In this document: piece by piece, positions 37,519-47,093 of the stretch
Position numbering within the stretch: position 1 is the stretch's first letter
Layout: the number at the start of each line of letters is the position of its first letter
Virus record (IMG/VR): IMGVR_UViG_3300041411_000129
Location: 189,922-253,921 of that record
DNA: 64,000 nucleotides
Strand: one strand, 5' to 3'
Made by a program: the position numbers and the translations under genes
The notes under the pieces: generated by a model
Databases searched by the model: none
The model's input: the letters and a program-made list of their open reading frames with translations, nothing else
What the model was told of the DNA's origin: nothing

Positions 37519-38508
37519 GTGGCTAATAAACGTCCTCTCGTTTTATTTTCTGGTGGTTTGGATTCAACCTTCAACATGCTTCTCCACACGCTTGAAGGTG
37601 AGTCGGTTGATTACGTTTATATCGACGGGGGTCAAGGTAAAGGTAAGGTCAAGGCAGAGGAAGCGACTATCGATCGTATTCTGACCGCACTACATGAACA
37701 TGCTCGACGTAAGGAGAAAGACGTACGACATCGGTTCAGCACGCACCCTCTGTCGGAGGTTAACTTCTGCAATACTCCTAGCGCTGGCTGGCGTCAACCT
37801 ATCCCATGGTTGGTATCGGCGTTAGAAGTAGTAGATCCAGAGAAACACTCGGCTGTTGAAGTCTCCTACGTTCAGGGTGATGAAATCATCAGCCGACTCC
37901 CTGAACTACAAACGGCGTGGGCTGCGATGTGGGCAGTCACTAAAGTCGGTGAGTTGGTTCCACTGAAGTTTCCGCTCAAGGATGTCAGTAAGCAGGGTAT
38001 CCTCTGTCAGATGCCTGAAGATTTGTACAAGCTGACGTGGGTTTGTGAAACACCGATCCTGCAAACGTTCGCTTGGCCAAAGAGTTGTATCGAATACGGC
38101 CGTAGTCATAATGCTCGCTGCCGCGCATGTGAAACTCGTCTCGTTGAGCTGTATCGTTTCGAACTCCGTAACGGTAAGACTCTCGAACAATACCACACTG
38201 AATGCGCTGAGAAGATTGCTCGTGAAGAGCAGGAAGAGAAAGACCGTGTTCGTCGCCGTGAAGAACGTATCGCTGAAGATATGGCCGATGGGTATAAGTC
38301 AGCGCTACCTGCTGGTGATGAACTCTCATCTACCTTCGATCGACTACCTAATCGCGGTGACTGGAAAGAACCAGATCTCATTAAAGAACCGGATGTCTTT
38401 GCTGGTACAGACACGTCTACTATTGACGACATGATGCGCTTTGCCCATAACCCGATGATTCTCGGCAACGTAGAAGCCGTTCAAGAAGTAGAAATGCAGG
38501 AAGCTTAA
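37519..38508 (+). CDS. QueC-like PP-loop ATPase (7-cyano-7-deazaguanine synthase fold)
   Basis: LFSGGLDST PP-loop; FPL..SK; TWVC...C...CRAC Zn ligands. Confidence 0.7.
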   Translation: MANKRPLVLFSGGLDSTFNMLLHTLEGESVDYVYIDGGQGKGKVKAEEATIDRILTALHEHARRKEKDVRHRFSTHPLSEVNFCNTPSAGWRQPIPWLVSALEVVDPEKHSAVEVSYVQGDEIISRLPELQTAWAAMWAVTKVGELVPLKFPLKDVSKQGILCQMPEDLYKLTWVCETPILQTFAWPKSCIEYGRSHNARCRACETRLVELYRFELRNGKTLEQYHTECAEKIAREEQEEKDRVRRREERIAEDMADGYKSALPAGDELSSTFDRLPNRGDWKEPDLIKEPDVFAGTDTSTIDDMMRFAHNPMILGNVEAVQEVEMQEA

Positions 38509-38605
38509 CGACATAAGGGCCGGGGATCTTCCCCGGCCTGTGTTTGTATCTTGTTACATTTGGGACACTAAGTATGTCCACATATTCCCTTTTAGGTCGT
38601 TCATT

Positions 38606-39430
38606 ATGTCCGTATTTTCTGATGGCGAGCTGATGGCTCGCAGTATCAAACCAACGTACTTCAAGATCTGCCCAGACGCAGCTCCAGTACCTGTAATCCC
38701 CGGTGTCACCCACAACAGCGCCGAGATGCTCCAGTTGTTGAATCTTAAGGACATCTATCCCGAGATGGTCGTCGAAGCAACTGACGAGATGCTCGAGGAG
38801 ATGAAATGGAAGCCTCTCATCACGCCGTTTGTAGCTGACTCCGTCAAGTACATGTCGACGTCGGCGCCGAAGGAAACAGCCAAGCCTCAGGGCACCAACT
38901 ACGAAATGCCCGGCGGTTATATCGCATGGGACCAACGTATCCCAAGCTACGGCGTTTCCAGCTACGGCTATGACATTCGTCTGGCTGAGAAAGACATCAA
39001 GATCTTCAGTAACATCAATTCTCCGATCATTGATCCGATGGATGTGTCTGAAGATTGTTACGTGCAGGCTGAGATCCGCACCTGCCCGAAGACTGGTCTG
39101 CGTTACTACATGCAGCCGCCTAACAGTCTGGCCCTCGCCCACACTGCTGAGATCTTCAATATCAGCCGTGACATGCTGGTAGGTTGCTTCGGTAAGTCCA
39201 CCTACGCCCGTGTAGGTCTGGTTCCAATGATCACGATCCTCGAACCTGAGTGGTCTGGTCAACTGGTACTGGAACTGGCTAACCAAACCAACTCCCCGGT
39301 CAAGGTCTACATCGACTGCGGTATCGCTCAGCTCGTGTTCTGGAAAGCTTCCGAAGTCTGCCGCGTAAGCTACGCAGATCGTGGTGGTAAGTACATGCAT
39401 CAGCGTGGAACTGTTGGCGCGATCATTTAA
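38606..39430 (+). CDS. dcd: dCTP deaminase with N-terminal insertion
   Basis: SYGVSSYGYDIRL, GKSTYARVGL, LEPEWSGQLVLE, SYADRGGKY. Confidence 0.9.
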   Translation: MSVFSDGELMARSIKPTYFKICPDAAPVPVIPGVTHNSAEMLQLLNLKDIYPEMVVEATDEMLEEMKWKPLITPFVADSVKYMSTSAPKETAKPQGTNYEMPGGYIAWDQRIPSYGVSSYGYDIRLAEKDIKIFSNINSPIIDPMDVSEDCYVQAEIRTCPKTGLRYYMQPPNSLALAHTAEIFNISRDMLVGCFGKSTYARVGLVPMITILEPEWSGQLVLELANQTNSPVKVYIDCGIAQLVFWKASEVCRVSYADRGGKYMHQRGTVGAII

Positions 39431-39459
39431 GGCAACCGTAGTTTTAAAAGGAATATGGA

Positions 39460-40791
39460 ATGTTCGAACTATTACTAGGACTAATCAAAACCAACCCACA
39501 AGTAGCTGGCGCCCTGACGTTAGTCATCGGTGGATCGGTGTCTTATTTCGTACGTGACATTCCTCTGAAACTGTGGGTATTCCTCAAGGCTCAGGCTATA
39601 GTTGAAGCTGAGTTGGATAACACGTCTGAGTGGAATGGTAAAGATCCTATCTTCATGAGATTCATGAATTGGTATCCTAATCATTCCATTCAATGGATGT
39701 CACGGAGCTATAAGTACAATTCAGAAGGGAAGATGGTTGCCGGTAAAGGTAATCAGTACTTCATGTTCAAAGGTAGATTGTTCTGGTTCTTCATTACAGA
39801 CCTTTCTTCCGATGGAGTCCATTTCCGCAAACAGGTCATTAACATTCGGTGCTTGTCTAGAAGTAAAGCATTGATGAACGACATGTTGGACACTGCAACG
39901 TTTGTAGAGGCAGGTGCAGCGAAAGCAGCTATCCAAGTCTTCTCATTGCGGGTGACTCAATATGAACAAACGTGGGTTAGTGTTGGTTCATATCCGATCT
40001 TGAAGAATATGGTTCCTTTGGTAAACGCTGATACGTTTGGCGTTATCTCCGAATGCCTTAAACGGTTTGCGGGGACGAAGGAATGGTTCGATGAGAATCA
40101 CATCACTTACAAACGAACGTTCCTGTTCTCAGGTCCGCCGGGTACTGGTAAATCTACATTGGCGATGCAGATCGCCATGATGACTGGTCGAGATGTTTAC
40201 TTAGTTGATTTGCAGAACATCCGCGGATCTGACTTCACCAACATCGTTGGGTCTATCCCTTCAGGGTCAGTGATGTTGTTGGAGGATGTACATGGATGCG
40301 ATGAGCTCCTGAAGCGCGAACCGCTTGAAGACGGTAATCGGTACGTGAGTTCCCAAGGTCCGGATTTGTCTCAGGTGTTGAACGTCCTCTGCGGTATCAT
40401 TCCGTTAGCAGACATCATCACCATCATGACGACCAACTATAAAGAACGATTGGAGCCTGCTCTTTACCGCCCAGGGCGGGTTGATGTGGATGTCGAGGTT
40501 GGGTATCTGAATAACGAAGCTATCCTTGCTTGGGTGTATCGCACCTACGGTCCCGAGGTTAGCTCTCATTACGTCGACCTGAACTTCCCTCACACTCTCA
40601 CTGTTGGTGAAGTGTATCGGCTGTACGAACTACACAGAGACGATCATCGTTCTGTGATAAACGGGATGTTGCGTTATGGGTATAAGGAACTGGGCTATGC
40701 AACTTCAGCAGATAGCAGTGAAGGTACGCGGTCTTCTCAAGTTGCCACCACCAGATCAGTCAAACACCTTGGAGAGTTTGCCAGTAATTGA
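39460..40791 (+). CDS. BCS1-like membrane-anchored AAA ATPase
   Basis: N-terminal TM; YKRTFLFSGPPGTGKST, LLEDV, MTTNY, RPGRVD. Confidence 0.8.
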   Translation: MFELLLGLIKTNPQVAGALTLVIGGSVSYFVRDIPLKLWVFLKAQAIVEAELDNTSEWNGKDPIFMRFMNWYPNHSIQWMSRSYKYNSEGKMVAGKGNQYFMFKGRLFWFFITDLSSDGVHFRKQVINIRCLSRSKALMNDMLDTATFVEAGAAKAAIQVFSLRVTQYEQTWVSVGSYPILKNMVPLVNADTFGVISECLKRFAGTKEWFDENHITYKRTFLFSGPPGTGKSTLAMQIAMMTGRDVYLVDLQNIRGSDFTNIVGSIPSGSVMLLEDVHGCDELLKREPLEDGNRYVSSQGPDLSQVLNVLCGIIPLADIITIMTTNYKERLEPALYRPGRVDVDVEVGYLNNEAILAWVYRTYGPEVSSHYVDLNFPHTLTVGEVYRLYELHRDDHRSVINGMLRYGYKELGYATSADSSEGTRSSQVATTRSVKHLGEFASN

Positions 40792-41338
40792 AGACAAACT
40801 CATTCCACGGCCACCAATTCTTCTACGACTGGAAGATTGTGAGACTGAGAGGGAAACCATCCCACAGTTTTTGGGGTATGGGTGGTCCTTCGGTAGTGAG
40901 CATTATCTAACCGCATCTATCCACAATTCGGTTCATGCGGCTACTAGAGGTGACCATCCGTTTAATGTCAAGACATCTGAGATCGAGATCGAGACACTCA
41001 GCGAACTCCACGATAGCCTGACTATAAATGTCAAAGCATCTCAGATAGTGAGTAGTGAGTACTACGAGTTCGCAGGTCCTCTGTTTGCCGCTATGTTCTG
41101 TCCTAGCGGTTACACGATCTACGGTGGGTCTATGCTCAACGAGATGGTTGGTGGTCCTTCTGAGGTCTTCCTGAGACTTATCCAAAAGATAGCCTTACGC
41201 CTCAACTGTAGGATCAACACTATTGAGACAGCGAAGGATGGAGCAACTCTGGTGTTGTTCACCCCATGGGATGCTAACCAAACCTTCTTTGACCTCATAA
41301 CCAAAGTGGACGATAGAACTGCTGATGCTGGTGAATAG
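40697..41338 (+). CDS. hypothetical protein
   Basis: TAAGGA SD before ATG 40697; overlaps the ATPase 3' end. Confidence 0.6.
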   Translation: MQLQQIAVKVRGLLKLPPPDQSNTLESLPVIEDKLIPRPPILLRLEDCETERETIPQFLGYGWSFGSEHYLTASIHNSVHAATRGDHPFNVKTSEIEIETLSELHDSLTINVKASQIVSSEYYEFAGPLFAAMFCPSGYTIYGGSMLNEMVGGPSEVFLRLIQKIALRLNCRINTIETAKDGATLVLFTPWDANQTFFDLITKVDDRTADAGE

Positions 41339-41393
41339 AAATAATCAGAGGCGAGTCTAACAATCGCCGATTGTCGTAATTAGGAGTATCACG

Positions 41394-42071
41394 ATGAATA
41401 AGAAGCCGGCTGCTAAAAGCAAGAATCTGTCTCTGGGGATTCCCGCTGTTTCCAATGGGGATGGGACGGACATTACAAGCATTAACGCGACGGTGTTTCA
41501 CATCCTGCGCAAGAAGAAGACCGCCGATGTTAGCACCTACGGGTTGCCAAACATGAACGACGATGTCTTCAGCCGCAAGATTCGTCTGGTCAAGCTTCCG
41601 AAGAAAGATGCCCTCGGTCCAATCGAAGACATCCCGGATCTGGAAGATGTGCATCACACTGACCTGCCATGGATCGGTCAAGCCACCTTCGGTACGGCCA
41701 GTCGTCAGTTCCGCTCCAAGAACATCCTGGCATGCGCTGTGGAGGTCGTTCGTGAGATCGACGGCTATCTGTACCGTCTGTCTGTAGCGATCGATGAGCC
41801 GAGCGGTGAACCGCTTCCGCCGACTCTGGTGTATCTAAACAAAGCTACGCCACTGGAACGCGAACACACCCTCGTGGTCAATCGCGAGGTCACTGAAGCG
41901 GAGCGTGAGTTCTACATGGCCGATGCTCCACCTGTTCCAATGGGTCTGCTGAAAGAACTGTCGGCTCTTGGCTACGGCTGCACCGGCACCACCTTCAAGC
42001 TCCTCAATGACGCTCGTATGGGGACATCGATCCACTGCGAACTGTACGGGAAAATCCTATTGGCGTCTTAA
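41394..42071 (+). CDS. hypothetical protein
   Basis: AGGAG SD. Confidence 0.75.
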   Translation: MNKKPAAKSKNLSLGIPAVSNGDGTDITSINATVFHILRKKKTADVSTYGLPNMNDDVFSRKIRLVKLPKKDALGPIEDIPDLEDVHHTDLPWIGQATFGTASRQFRSKNILACAVEVVREIDGYLYRLSVAIDEPSGEPLPPTLVYLNKATPLEREHTLVVNREVTEAEREFYMADAPPVPMGLLKELSALGYGCTGTTFKLLNDARMGTSIHCELYGKILLAS

Positions 42072-42082
42072 GGGGGGGGGGG
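42072..42082 (+). repeat. G11 homopolymer at RBS of i-spanin
   Basis: TAA-G11-TAAC-ATG. Confidence 0.8.
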
Positions 42083-42086
42083 TAAC

Positions 42087-42590
42087 ATGTTCGGACTGGA
42101 TATTAAAGGGTTAGCGAAGACTTACATGCCGTTGATTATCGGTTTGATTGGTCTCGCGCTCTTCATGATGATTCGATCAGCCTTTATAGGGTACGTTGAT
42201 AATGAAAAGGCACTCACTGAAGCACAAGCTGCAACAGCGAATGTACTTACAATCAACGCTAGCCTTAATACTGAGATCACGCGACTTACGCAAGATGTCA
42301 AAGATCGCGCTGATACGAATCAGAACATCAGCCAAGGCCAAGCAGCCTTAGGTGGGGATCTTGATGGACTCAAGTACGAACTCGACATTGCAACAGCCGC
42401 CCGCGACGAAAGTTACATCGAGTATCAGTCGCAGTGCAAAGCCAAAGTTCCTACTTCGGTTCCGGCACGTAATACCGTTGCAAATGTCGGGCTACATCAA
42501 GACGTGGAAGCGGTAGAGCTGACAATAGCATGGAAGGCTTACTGCAAAGTAACGCCCGATGCTACCCAGTGTCTGGAGAAAGATAAATGA
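42087..42590 (+). CDS. i-spanin (Rz-like)
   Basis: N-terminal TM plus periplasmic coiled coil with Cys; abuts lipoprotein gene. Confidence 0.65.
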   Translation: MFGLDIKGLAKTYMPLIIGLIGLALFMMIRSAFIGYVDNEKALTEAQAATANVLTINASLNTEITRLTQDVKDRADTNQNISQGQAALGGDLDGLKYELDIATAARDESYIEYQSQCKAKVPTSVPARNTVANVGLHQDVEAVELTIAWKAYCKVTPDATQCLEKDK

Positions 42591-42910
42591 TTCGATCACT
42601 CATCCTACTCATCGCAGTGCTTGGACTTTCAGGCTGCGGACATCAACAGATTGTGGAGAAGACAGTCACCAAATACGTTGCACTCGATGAAGGTTGGTTT
42701 GCGCCATGTCCAATGGTAGAGCCGCCTAAGATGTTGGATTACAATGCGGTCACTGATCGCAAGAAAGCTGACATGTGGGCAAGAAAGTATCTGGATCAAG
42801 CAGGCGTCAATGGCGACTGTAACATCCGGTTAAAAGAAGCCCTCGAGTACCAACGCAAGAAAGCTGCCGAAACTACGACAGTGACATGTGTGGATGGGGT
42901 TTGCAAATAA
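42587..42910 (+). CDS. o-spanin (Rz1-like lipoprotein)
   Basis: Lipobox LSGC; PCPMVEPP Pro/Cys region. Confidence 0.7.
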   Translation: MIRSLILLIAVLGLSGCGHQQIVEKTVTKYVALDEGWFAPCPMVEPPKMLDYNAVTDRKKADMWARKYLDQAGVNGDCNIRLKEALEYQRKKAAETTTVTCVDGVCK

Positions 42911-43015
42911 CATACAGGCCGGGGAAATCCCCGGCCTTATGTCTGCGTACTCAACTTTTTTATGGTCATACATTGTCGGGGTACATAAACGCTACGAAAG
43001 CAAGGGAGGTTCATC

Positions 43016-43237
43016 ATGCTTAACGAATACGCTACAAATGGCGTTAGTCGTGGTGAACTGCTTAACAGGCACTCCCACGCTACCGTCATGTTTAAACGCG
43101 CTATGCGTCTGCACGGCGTTAACTCTAACGAGGCAAAGCACTGGGATGGTCTCTTGAACGAACTGGAGAAGTATCTCCACTCTAAAGGAATCATCCGCAT
43201 TGACCACAAAAGCTTTTTGATCACCGAGGATAACTAA
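43016..43237 (+). CDS. small early protein (paralog of 43750..43935)
   Basis: GGAGGT SD; FKRAMRLHGVNSNEAKHW. Confidence 0.7.
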   Translation: MLNEYATNGVSRGELLNRHSHATVMFKRAMRLHGVNSNEAKHWDGLLNELEKYLHSKGIIRIDHKSFLITEDN

Positions 43238-43328
43238 ACAGTTGTCTTCTGGTACAGAACTGCTACAATGGACTCGTTCCAAAGTAGTAGTGCAACACCC
43301 CGTGTAACTAACGACCGTGGAGGTCAAG

Positions 43329-43622
43329 ATGTCGTATGGAGACAAGTTCAGCTACGACGAAGAATTCGTCGCTCTTTCATCTGGCTTAGGTCAGGCGGTA
43401 CAGGAGCTTCGAGATCGTCGAAACGAACTGAACGAGAGCTATCGGTTGTTAGGAGCGGAGCGCATGACAATGCGCTTGCAAGGCTTAAGTACTACGGACA
43501 TTGATGTTAAGATGTCTGAAGTGATGCAGGCAATCCGTGAGATTGGAGCTAAAATTGATTCCACTCAGTCCGCCCACTTAAGTTACTTGCGAAACTGTCA
43601 GGTTGGTTATACTGACAGGTAG
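43329..43622 (+). CDS. hypothetical coiled-coil protein
   Basis: SD hairpin 43313-43325. Confidence 0.7.
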   Translation: MSYGDKFSYDEEFVALSSGLGQAVQELRDRRNELNESYRLLGAERMTMRLQGLSTTDIDVKMSEVMQAIREIGAKIDSTQSAHLSYLRNCQVGYTDR

Positions 43623-43749
43623 CTGTAGGAGACGGGGGTAACACCCCGTCTTTTTTTTGTCTGAATAATCGTAATGAAAAAGATTACAGTCACACATAGT
43701 CGACGTAGTGAAGCACTTCATTTACCCGACTCTGTAAAGGACTATCGCC

Positions 43750-43935
43750 ATGCTTACATTCTTGAGCAATCTGTTTGACGGCAACACCAACGAAACTCGT
43801 GAACGCGCTTTGAAAGAACTGCGTATTGCGAAGAACTGCTTTGAACGAGCGATGCGCACTCACGGCATCAACTCGGAACAAGCAAACCACTGGTCGGCGA
43901 AAGCTGACGAAGCCGAGAAAGCCCTGGGTCTGTAA
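43750..43935 (+). CDS. small early protein (paralog of 43016..43237)
   Basis: FERAMRTHGINSEQANHW; early motif 43683-43700. Confidence 0.7.
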   Translation: MLTFLSNLFDGNTNETRERALKELRIAKNCFERAMRTHGINSEQANHWSAKADEAEKALGL

Positions 43936-43951
43936 CCCAGAAGGATGCAAC

Positions 43952-44125
43952 ATGATGAACTTTAAACTGATCGTTACGACAGTCTCATTAATAGCCGCTG
44001 GTACAGCGGCTAGCTATGCTGCGTACCGAGTAGTGAAGAAGTCCCGTGAAGAAGGTATTCCAGTCTTCACGGTTATCGTCCAGGCTTATAACACCACCGT
44101 TGATGAAATCCGCAATAAGCTGTAA
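43952..44125 (+). CDS. small membrane-anchored protein
   Basis: AAGGA SD; hydrophobic N-terminus. Confidence 0.6.
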   Translation: MMNFKLIVTTVSLIAAGTAASYAAYRVVKKSREEGIPVFTVIVQAYNTTVDEIRNKL

Positions 44126-44152
44126 TCATCCAACCGACTGAGGAAGTCCGCT

Positions 44153-44407
44153 ATGCAAGTACAAGCCTACAAAGAAGCAATGCTTAAATTGGCCGCCCGT
44201 TACAAGGAGCTGAAGAAGCGCCTCAACGTGATGGGTACAGAACCATGGAACTGGCCGATCGCCGCACATCCGCTGTTTGTCGCCTACACCACGAAGGTTC
44301 TGGATACTGACCCTACTCCGGAAAATCTGGAAGAAGTAATCTCCGGGATCAATCGACTGATCCTGGCTATCGACGGTGAAATCTCAGTAACCGCATTCCC
44401 TGTATAA
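44153..44407 (+). CDS. hypothetical protein
   Basis: SD hairpin 44136-44148. Confidence 0.7.
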   Translation: MQVQAYKEAMLKLAARYKELKKRLNVMGTEPWNWPIAAHPLFVAYTTKVLDTDPTPENLEEVISGINRLILAIDGEISVTAFPV

Positions 44408-44439
44408 CACTTTCTTATTATCGTCCGAGGAGGACTAAC

Positions 44440-45012
44440 ATGCAAAAGCGCAACTTTATCACTAACACCGTTATCAACACTAGCCGTCTGGTAGCCGTCT
44501 ATGACGATCAGATGGGGATGGTCGGCTACACGAATGACCGCCCAATCGGCGATGCATTCGTGTTCATCAAGGAACATGGTTACTTCGTCAGGATCGGTTT
44601 CTTCAACATGGATTACGAGGACTACGTCAACGCAGCTCTGTATCTGGAGCTTCCCGTAATTACTAACTTCACGTACAACGAGTATGTGGAGAAACTGAAT
44701 TACGAACGTGCTGTGTATGGCGCACTTAGCGGCGCAATCACTGAAACCATTCTGGCTCAGTTGATAGAAGGTCTTGCCCGAATGGATGAAACCTTCCCAG
44801 GTCCAACGCTGACGTCGTTCGAAAACTACGACGAGGTAGTTAACAATATCAACTGCCTCAAACGAGTGATAGTCCAGCACGGAGGCAAGCCTTTCAATGT
44901 AGGCACTGCATTCGAGAAAGATCCAGAAGATTACAGCCGGCCATTACATCATGCGCTGAAAGTGATCGTCGAGGAAAATACCCGTCGAGTACGTGGCAAT
45001 CGCCACTACTAA
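44440..45012 (+). CDS. hypothetical protein
   Basis: SD hairpin 44423-44435. Confidence 0.75.
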   Translation: MQKRNFITNTVINTSRLVAVYDDQMGMVGYTNDRPIGDAFVFIKEHGYFVRIGFFNMDYEDYVNAALYLELPVITNFTYNEYVEKLNYERAVYGALSGAITETILAQLIEGLARMDETFPGPTLTSFENYDEVVNNINCLKRVIVQHGGKPFNVGTAFEKDPEDYSRPLHHALKVIVEENTRRVRGNRHY

Positions 45013-45073
45013 CCCGCAACAAGAGAGCAGCTAATCCCTGCTCTCTTTTTTTTACCCTAAAAGGAATACCCCG

Positions 45074-45730
45074 ATGTTCGAACAAACCGAATCACGTCAA
45101 CTGACTGAAGCTCAGAAGAAAGACATCAAACAGAAGTACGAGCAAGGTCTGAATCAGGACAAGGTCAAGAGCGCACTGCACTCGGTCGACATGTCTCTGG
45201 GCATCTTCGGCGGCGGTAGCAAGATCTCTCTGATGGAGCGTCCAATCAGCCGCTTCGTTTTCCACACGATCTTCTCCAACCCGAAGGTCGAATCATTCTT
45301 CCGTCGCTGCCACGAGGCTGAGACGTACATCACCTCTGACGAGTTCGCCGAGTTCGAGAAGATCTGCCAAGAGATCACCGTCAAGATCTCCAAGACCTCC
45401 ATCGAACAGATCTTCCTGTCGGCCGCCAAGCTGCCGCACACCAACGTTGATCTGTGGGTGATCGAAGCTGACTGGCGTGATCTGACTGCCCGCATCACCT
45501 GGACTCCTGAAATGGAAGCCGCGGTTGAGCAACAGATGGCCGGCATCTTTAACCACCTCGAGCGTCTGCGCGCACTGTCCACCCGTGACGTTCAGTACTA
45601 CACCCTGGGCGACATCCTGACCGGCGAAGCCGCCTCTGAAGCCCGTGCTAACGAAGCGCTGATGGAAGCATCGTGCGCTCTGCTGCGCCAGCACCTGCTG
45701 TCCATGCCTGTGCAACAGCACGTCGGCTAA
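45074..45730 (+). CDS. hypothetical protein
   Basis: AAGGA SD; strong C-ending codon bias; terminator follows. Confidence 0.8.
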   Translation: MFEQTESRQLTEAQKKDIKQKYEQGLNQDKVKSALHSVDMSLGIFGGGSKISLMERPISRFVFHTIFSNPKVESFFRRCHEAETYITSDEFAEFEKICQEITVKISKTSIEQIFLSAAKLPHTNVDLWVIEADWRDLTARITWTPEMEAAVEQQMAGIFNHLERLRALSTRDVQYYTLGDILTGEAASEARANEALMEASCALLRQHLLSMPVQQHVG

Positions 45731-45813
45731 TCGATAGACGCTCCTTCGGGAGCGTCGTTCTATTTCTTTTTTTTATCTGAATTCGATGCTATGCCCACAC
45801 TGAGGATAGCATC

Positions 45814-46254
45814 ATGGCATCGAAGACATTTGGTAATTTGGACACGCGTGAATTAGCACGTCGGGACTATCTCTTATTAGGGAACTTCTGGCGTCAGGAC
45901 AAAGAGCTGGGTCTCATTGTTGCGAAGAAAGGTTTCCGAACCAACTACGCGAGCATTGACGTCTTGCTGAAAACTGGCTTGATCTTCTTCTACGCCTTCT
46001 TGGCGAGTTACGGGGATCAGTCAGCTACCATCCACGACTGGTTGTACAGCGGTTATGGCATCGAGCGTGCAGACGGTAGTATCTATTACCCTACACGTAA
46101 AGAATGCGATGAAGCGTTCCACAGAGCCTTGTTGGATGAGGGTGTGGGACCTATCAGAGCGATGATGTTCTACATCGGTGTACGTCTTGGTGGTGCTGCG
46201 CATTACTCGAAGGTTCCGGTTAAGTTTGTGCCTCAGGCGGTGCTTGAGGCGTAG
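45814..46254 (+). CDS. DUF1353-like protein
   Basis: GFRTNYASI, IHDWLY, TRKECDEAF, GVRLGG. Confidence 0.7.
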   Translation: MASKTFGNLDTRELARRDYLLLGNFWRQDKELGLIVAKKGFRTNYASIDVLLKTGLIFFYAFLASYGDQSATIHDWLYSGYGIERADGSIYYPTRKECDEAFHRALLDEGVGPIRAMMFYIGVRLGGAAHYSKVPVKFVPQAVLEA

Positions 46255-46275
46255 TAGATTAATAGAAGGGCGACC

Positions 46276-46566
46276 ATGGAACGATTTCATCGTAAGAAAG
46301 AAGCTGCTGCGAAAGGATTCTTCTTCCTAGATCATGAATGTACCGGTAAGCTATACACCGGTAAGTCCACGAACATCTTGAAAGAAGTATTGGCCATCAG
46401 AGCGGCCTTGAGAGTCGGGAACTGTACTTGCAAGAAGCTCCAGAAGCTCTTCAATTCAGATCCCGAGTTTGATGTGCGGTTTATAATCACGAAGGCAATA
46501 CCCGACGCTGCGCTACTCGAGAAAGAGTTCCGTAAAGGTAAGCCCAAACATCTATTGATCAACTGA
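46276..46566 (+). CDS. degenerate GIY-YIG-like small protein
   Basis: GFF...TGKLYTGKSTN...LEKEF...LIN spacing. Confidence 0.4.
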   Translation: MERFHRKKEAAAKGFFFLDHECTGKLYTGKSTNILKEVLAIRAALRVGNCTCKKLQKLFNSDPEFDVRFIITKAIPDAALLEKEFRKGKPKHLLIN

Positions 46567-46575
46567 GGTAAAGTC

Positions 46576-47049
46576 ATGAAAGCTCTATGGAATATCATTA
46601 AACCCATCATAATGCCGTGGAATCTTCCATGGCTGCTGGTGACTATCCTCCTCGGGTACGCTACGTGTCACTATTACATCGAGTATAGCACGTACCGCCA
46701 GAAGGAAATCCGTAAGGTTGTTCTTCTCGATACGTGGAGTGAAATGCATGGATCGAAGCACAGCATCCATGAAGAGTTCATGGGTTACTTCCGTGACGAT
46801 CTTAGCGGCACTGGGTTTGAGTATCCGGTGAGTGGTGGCCTACACGAGTCCTTCTCTAAGACCTTGAAAGCAATGCCGCTCGATGTCAGGCTGTCGCCGC
46901 GAGATGTGGGGAATGAAGGTCAGAAAGACTGGATGATGTTTGCATTCCTCCTCTATGGAATTGGGTTCCTCGTATCGATAGTTGTCAGGATCGGTGTGTG
47001 GGGTGATTCCATTAAACAGAAGTCTTACGAGAAACACTCGAAGAAATAA
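46576..47049 (+). CDS. membrane protein
   Basis: Two TM segments flanking a soluble loop. Confidence 0.7.
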   Translation: MKALWNIIKPIIMPWNLPWLLVTILLGYATCHYYIEYSTYRQKEIRKVVLLDTWSEMHGSKHSIHEEFMGYFRDDLSGTGFEYPVSGGLHESFSKTLKAMPLDVRLSPRDVGNEGQKDWMMFAFLLYGIGFLVSIVVRIGVWGDSIKQKSYEKHSKK

Positions 47050-47093
47050 GCGCAGCATAAAGCCCGGCACAATGCCGGGCTTTATGTCGTTCG

